From Utricularia gibba (Eukaryota; Plantae; Magnoliophyta), in assembly GCA_002189035.1 (NCBI GenBank), contig NEEC01000021.1:1488001-1552000 (forward strand): a DNA stretch of 64,000 bases. The letters are read 5' to 3'. The position numbers and the translations under genes are program-made. Below the pieces are notes generated by a model. The model saw only the letters and a program-made list of their open reading frames with translations, searched no databases and had not been told where the DNA came from. Within the stretch, counting starts at the first letter, position 1. The number at the start of each line of letters is the position of its first letter. Below, piece by piece: positions 60,657 through 64,000 of the stretch.

Positions 60657-62428
60657 TCAACCTCTCTTGAGGATGTATCCCAGTAGAAAACCGATCAGCG
60701 CAACGATGGCGAGGCGGATGATGGGAATGCTGCTGCGTCTCTGAACATGACGTTGCAGCATCTCCTGCATGAATTCGAAGGATACATGTAATAAAGCATG
60801 ATCTGGAAAGGAGATGAAGAGCTCCAACAAGAATAAGTTGTGAGGATTGGTCCAAAGGGTGCCCGCTCACCAGTTCTTGTTCAAGCTTTTGGTTTCGTTG
60901 GATGGCAGATCGCTTCTCCTCGGTCAGCCTGGAAAGTAAGGCTTTCTCCTGTAATTCAATGGGGAAAGGAAAACAGGTTCAGTGTTGATGAGCAGAATCC
61001 ATGAATGAATGAACTTATCTAAATCATATCTCTTGTGTATGTGGTGGTAGTATAACATGTCTTTTTATGTTGAATGGCAAGCCATCCTATTGAACATCAC
61101 TGTTTCATCTCCTCTATACTGGTGCATCATGCTTTCTTGGATTTAGAAGATATCATGCCGTTTTTAACTGAACATCTTAAGTTCTTTTCTAAATATAAAA
61201 CAAGCTTGCTGTAAGAACACTTGGAGTATCTCAATAAAGCATGTAACTTGGAGTTGGTTGCAGAATGCGCCGATAGACGAAAAAGACTAGAGTGTCAAAT
61301 TTAACCTGGGGTGTGCTTTTGATTGGGGTCGTCTGAGATAAGAAAAAAGAAAGTTATGGATGCACTAGAAACAGATTTTAAATAATCCAAAGGGAAAACA
61401 CGAAATGCATGTAATATAGTGAAGAGTTCCCAAATCTAACCACATTAGGATCAGGATTCTGATTTACATTCCCATTGTCCGACACAGAGTTATTAGGTGA
61501 ATACTCTTCCTCGGATTCCTCATACACAGGAGAAGGTGGTCTTGGAGGAGAAACATAGACAACCCTCAACTTGCACTCATCGACATGATTCCCGGAGTTC
61601 CGGTTAAACTGAAAAGTACACAATAGTTAACACACACCAACCAGTAAGTTCACTTTTGCAGAGGTAGAAGCACAGGTAAAAAAAATGCTCGAGATTTAAC
61701 AAGAAATATACCATTTCCGCAGTAATATCTTTCACAGTTAAACCGGGACTAGCGAGTACGCTCTGTAGGAGGAACTTATCCTTGCATTGCATGTCTGGAG
61801 GTGCCTCCTTTTGTGCTTGCATAGTAACTAAAAAATACAAATGAAATGATTCAGCAAATGATGAATTTGAGAACTGGCCCCGGGAATATGACCAAAAGTC
61901 CATAATCATTCTCCAAAAATCAATAACTAGAAATCCGAAACACAGTAAAAACAAAGATCCCATTACCTACAATATCACATGTAGAATGAGGGAGCACGAC
62001 TCCAGTATTTGGTCTCACGCAATATTTTTTAGGGTTCGTAGTTTTCACCTGAATAATGCAGCGACGACAAAAGATTAAAATTCGCATCTTTATCGCATCA
62101 AAATCTCGGCAGACTAAAATCTAGAGTTTGAGCAATTAGCATCAAAGCGTACCTTGAATGCAACAAAGTCGTCCAACTTGTTGGTCAATCGTAACGTACA
62201 TGAGATCTGCTTCCTCAATTCAACTTCCAACAGAAAAAAGAGAGAGAGAGAGAGACGATATAAAAACTTGGGAAAATGCAAATCCCAGATCCGTGAGAAG
62301 ATACACCAAACAACATCCAAGAATATGAAACTAGGGAATCGTGAAAATGTGAAAAACTAGCAAAGCAAGAGATTACATGGAAACTGAAGCTCGAGTGGTT
62401 CGATTTGAAGAAGGTCTCCGGCAGTCAT
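60657..62428 (-). CDS. VAP27: VAP27/PVA vesicle-associated protein, tandem copy A; 8 exons
   Basis: MTAGDLLQIEPLELQFP, the same MSP exons as copy B, and the TM segment IIRLAIVALIGFLLGYILKRG*. Confidence 0.93.
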
Positions 62429-63006
62429 TTCTCAGCGGATCGCTCTAAATTTTGGCAATCGGGGGATTTTGTAGGGATTGAGACGTTGGCGGAGACGCAG
62501 AGAGAAGCGAGTTGCAGCCAACCCCAGGGGCGAACAAGGTTCGGAAGGGAAGGAAGAAGCTTCCTTCTAAGCATTTTATATATTTTTTTATAAAGATTAA
62601 TATTGATGCTATATATACGGACAATCTGGGAAGGACACGTGGCACTCCATCCTGGGCTTTATTTTTTCCTGTTTTTTTCCCTAGTTTCAGCTAGAAGTGG
62701 TAATGACCTGACAGTCAGGAAAGAAGGGAATCTGATATATGAACATCAAATAAGAGAAGCTTCTAACAAGAAAAAGGGAGAATCTTTCTCTTACATGGCT
62801 TGTTGTTTCATTCTTCTTCTTTGTCCTGTTTATTTATTACAATGAAATATCACACCACAAGCGAACTTTCAAGCGTGCAAGGCGCTGATATTTTACATCT
62901 CATAAACTACATGTATGACATACCTGAAGGAAAAGAAGAATGAAAAGAATTCACACACTTGAAGGACATGGTTATGGATGTGCTTTGTCACACAAGCACT
63001 TGAACT

Positions 63007-64000
63007 CTAGTTCATTATTGCCTTCTTCACTGCTTTGAAAGATGATCTGATGAAACTGTTTCTTGATAGGTCATGCTTGTCATCCATGGCAGAAGGTTTC
63101 TTTCTCAAGGAGTCTACTTTCTTTTTCATGCCTTGGATGAGGGATGGAGAAGAAGGGATTCGTCGAAACTCAGCTCCTTTGTTCCTTCTCATTCTATCAT
63201 CAGGGCTGCTCATTCTCCTCATACCTTGACCATTGGAAACCATACCTTGTTCATTCGTTTTATCTGTTAGTATTCTGTAGGGAGGATCGTTGAAGTATGT
63301 ATTGGTTGCTCTTGTTTTCACATTGTGTGGTGGTGTCTTCTCGTTTTCCTTTTCACCTTCTTCGATTCTTTCAGCACAATGCGGTTCCTCAGGATTAGAA
63401 CTTCTGATATCTCTGTGGGGAATTTTCATTCAGCCTCTTGATCAATTCCTCACTTCTAGTTGCATCATTTTCAGCTTCCTCTTCTTGTTTCTCCTCCAGA
63501 AACTTCAACCATTTCTCTATATTTTCTTTGCCACGTTCTCCTCTTTTGCTCTTTTCATCTGGATCTAGGTGAACGTTCGCATCCCGTCGGTGTCATTTAC
63601 ATCCACACCTGTTCCCAGCACTGTAATCTTGGTACTAGTTTCTCTCTTTGCTTCAACGACTCTTCCTCCTCACATTTCTCATTTAAATGCAACAACATTT
63701 CTGGTTCGTTGAGAGTAGTAGGTATGATCTCCGGCAGCGGCTTGCAATCATCTTTCATTTGCATTGTAGAACTCTGTTCAATTCGAGGCAAACCATCTTG
63801 ACACAGAGTATCATATGTTCTTGACCTTTTCCTGGAATGCTCAATCGCTGGAATTATCCTTTTCTCCAGCTCTTCCCTTTGCTTAGATCTTTCAAAGAGT
63901 TCCCTCTCAGCGGAATCACAAAGCGCTTTCTGGGCTTCAAGTCTCGCAAAAAGAGCACTTGCTGCTGCTTGATTCAGCCGCATTTGTTCCTTGTAGACAG
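63007..64000 (-). CDS. 3' part of an uncharacterised coiled-coil protein gene running off the window; several apparent frameshifts
   Basis: LNQAAASALFARLEAQKALCD...RKRSR (ORF 63597-63983), GKENIEKWLKFLEE..EELIKRLNE in another frame, and RRIPSSPSLIQGMKKKVDSLRKKP..SFKAVKKA (ORF 63007-63429). These look like consecutive parts of one plant protein. Confidence 0.65.

Noticed and set aside
11505-63600. Programmed ribosomal frameshifting or insertional RNA editing as a shared mechanism for the broken genes
   Set aside because: The sites share no slippery heptamer or downstream structure, affect unrelated genes and a transposon alike, and are all homopolymer contractions typical of sequencing error. 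No such system is known for plant nuclear genes.
1-64000. CRISPR arrays, rRNA genes, prokaryotic operons or terminators
   Set aside because: None seen; this is intron-containing eukaryotic DNA with no regularly spaced repeats.

Overview
Gene-dense plant (eudicot-type) nuclear DNA containing about 17 intact or near-intact genes, several decayed gene relics and one young Ty1/copia LTR retrotransposon. Genes in order: RopGEF, a small conserved unknown gene, AHL (two AT-hooks), MCTP, remorin, DDX6-type helicase, a UCP012943-like gene, an ARM-repeat gene, a UTR2/4-type nucleotide-sugar transporter, a class I TCP, AGL6, FLA8/10, a clade A AHL, a type I (M-gamma) MADS gene, two tandem VAP27 genes, and the 3' end of an unknown coiled-coil gene. 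From memory, this order follows the Arabidopsis At2g45140-At2g45890 block; that needs a synteny check. Main points: (1) The 5,570-bp copia element (22365-27934) has ~99% identical LTRs, a perfect GAAAC target-site duplication, non-canonical TG...TA ends and an 18-nt primer-binding site matching tRNA-Trp rather than the usual initiator tRNA-Met. It appears to sit in the 5' end of a host gene. (2) The block shows gene loss in progress: a URT1 pseudogene, a transketolase reduced to its N- and C-terminal ends, an FBW2-like F-box relic, and no SOC1 next to AGL6. (3) At least nine apparent 1-nt deletions in short G/C runs break otherwise perfect reading frames (MCTP, remorin, copia pol, TCP, FLA, AHL twice, MADS, last gene). 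These are most likely long-read consensus errors, so several ORF-track protein ends are probably wrong. All protein assignments come from motif recognition by eye; no database search was run.
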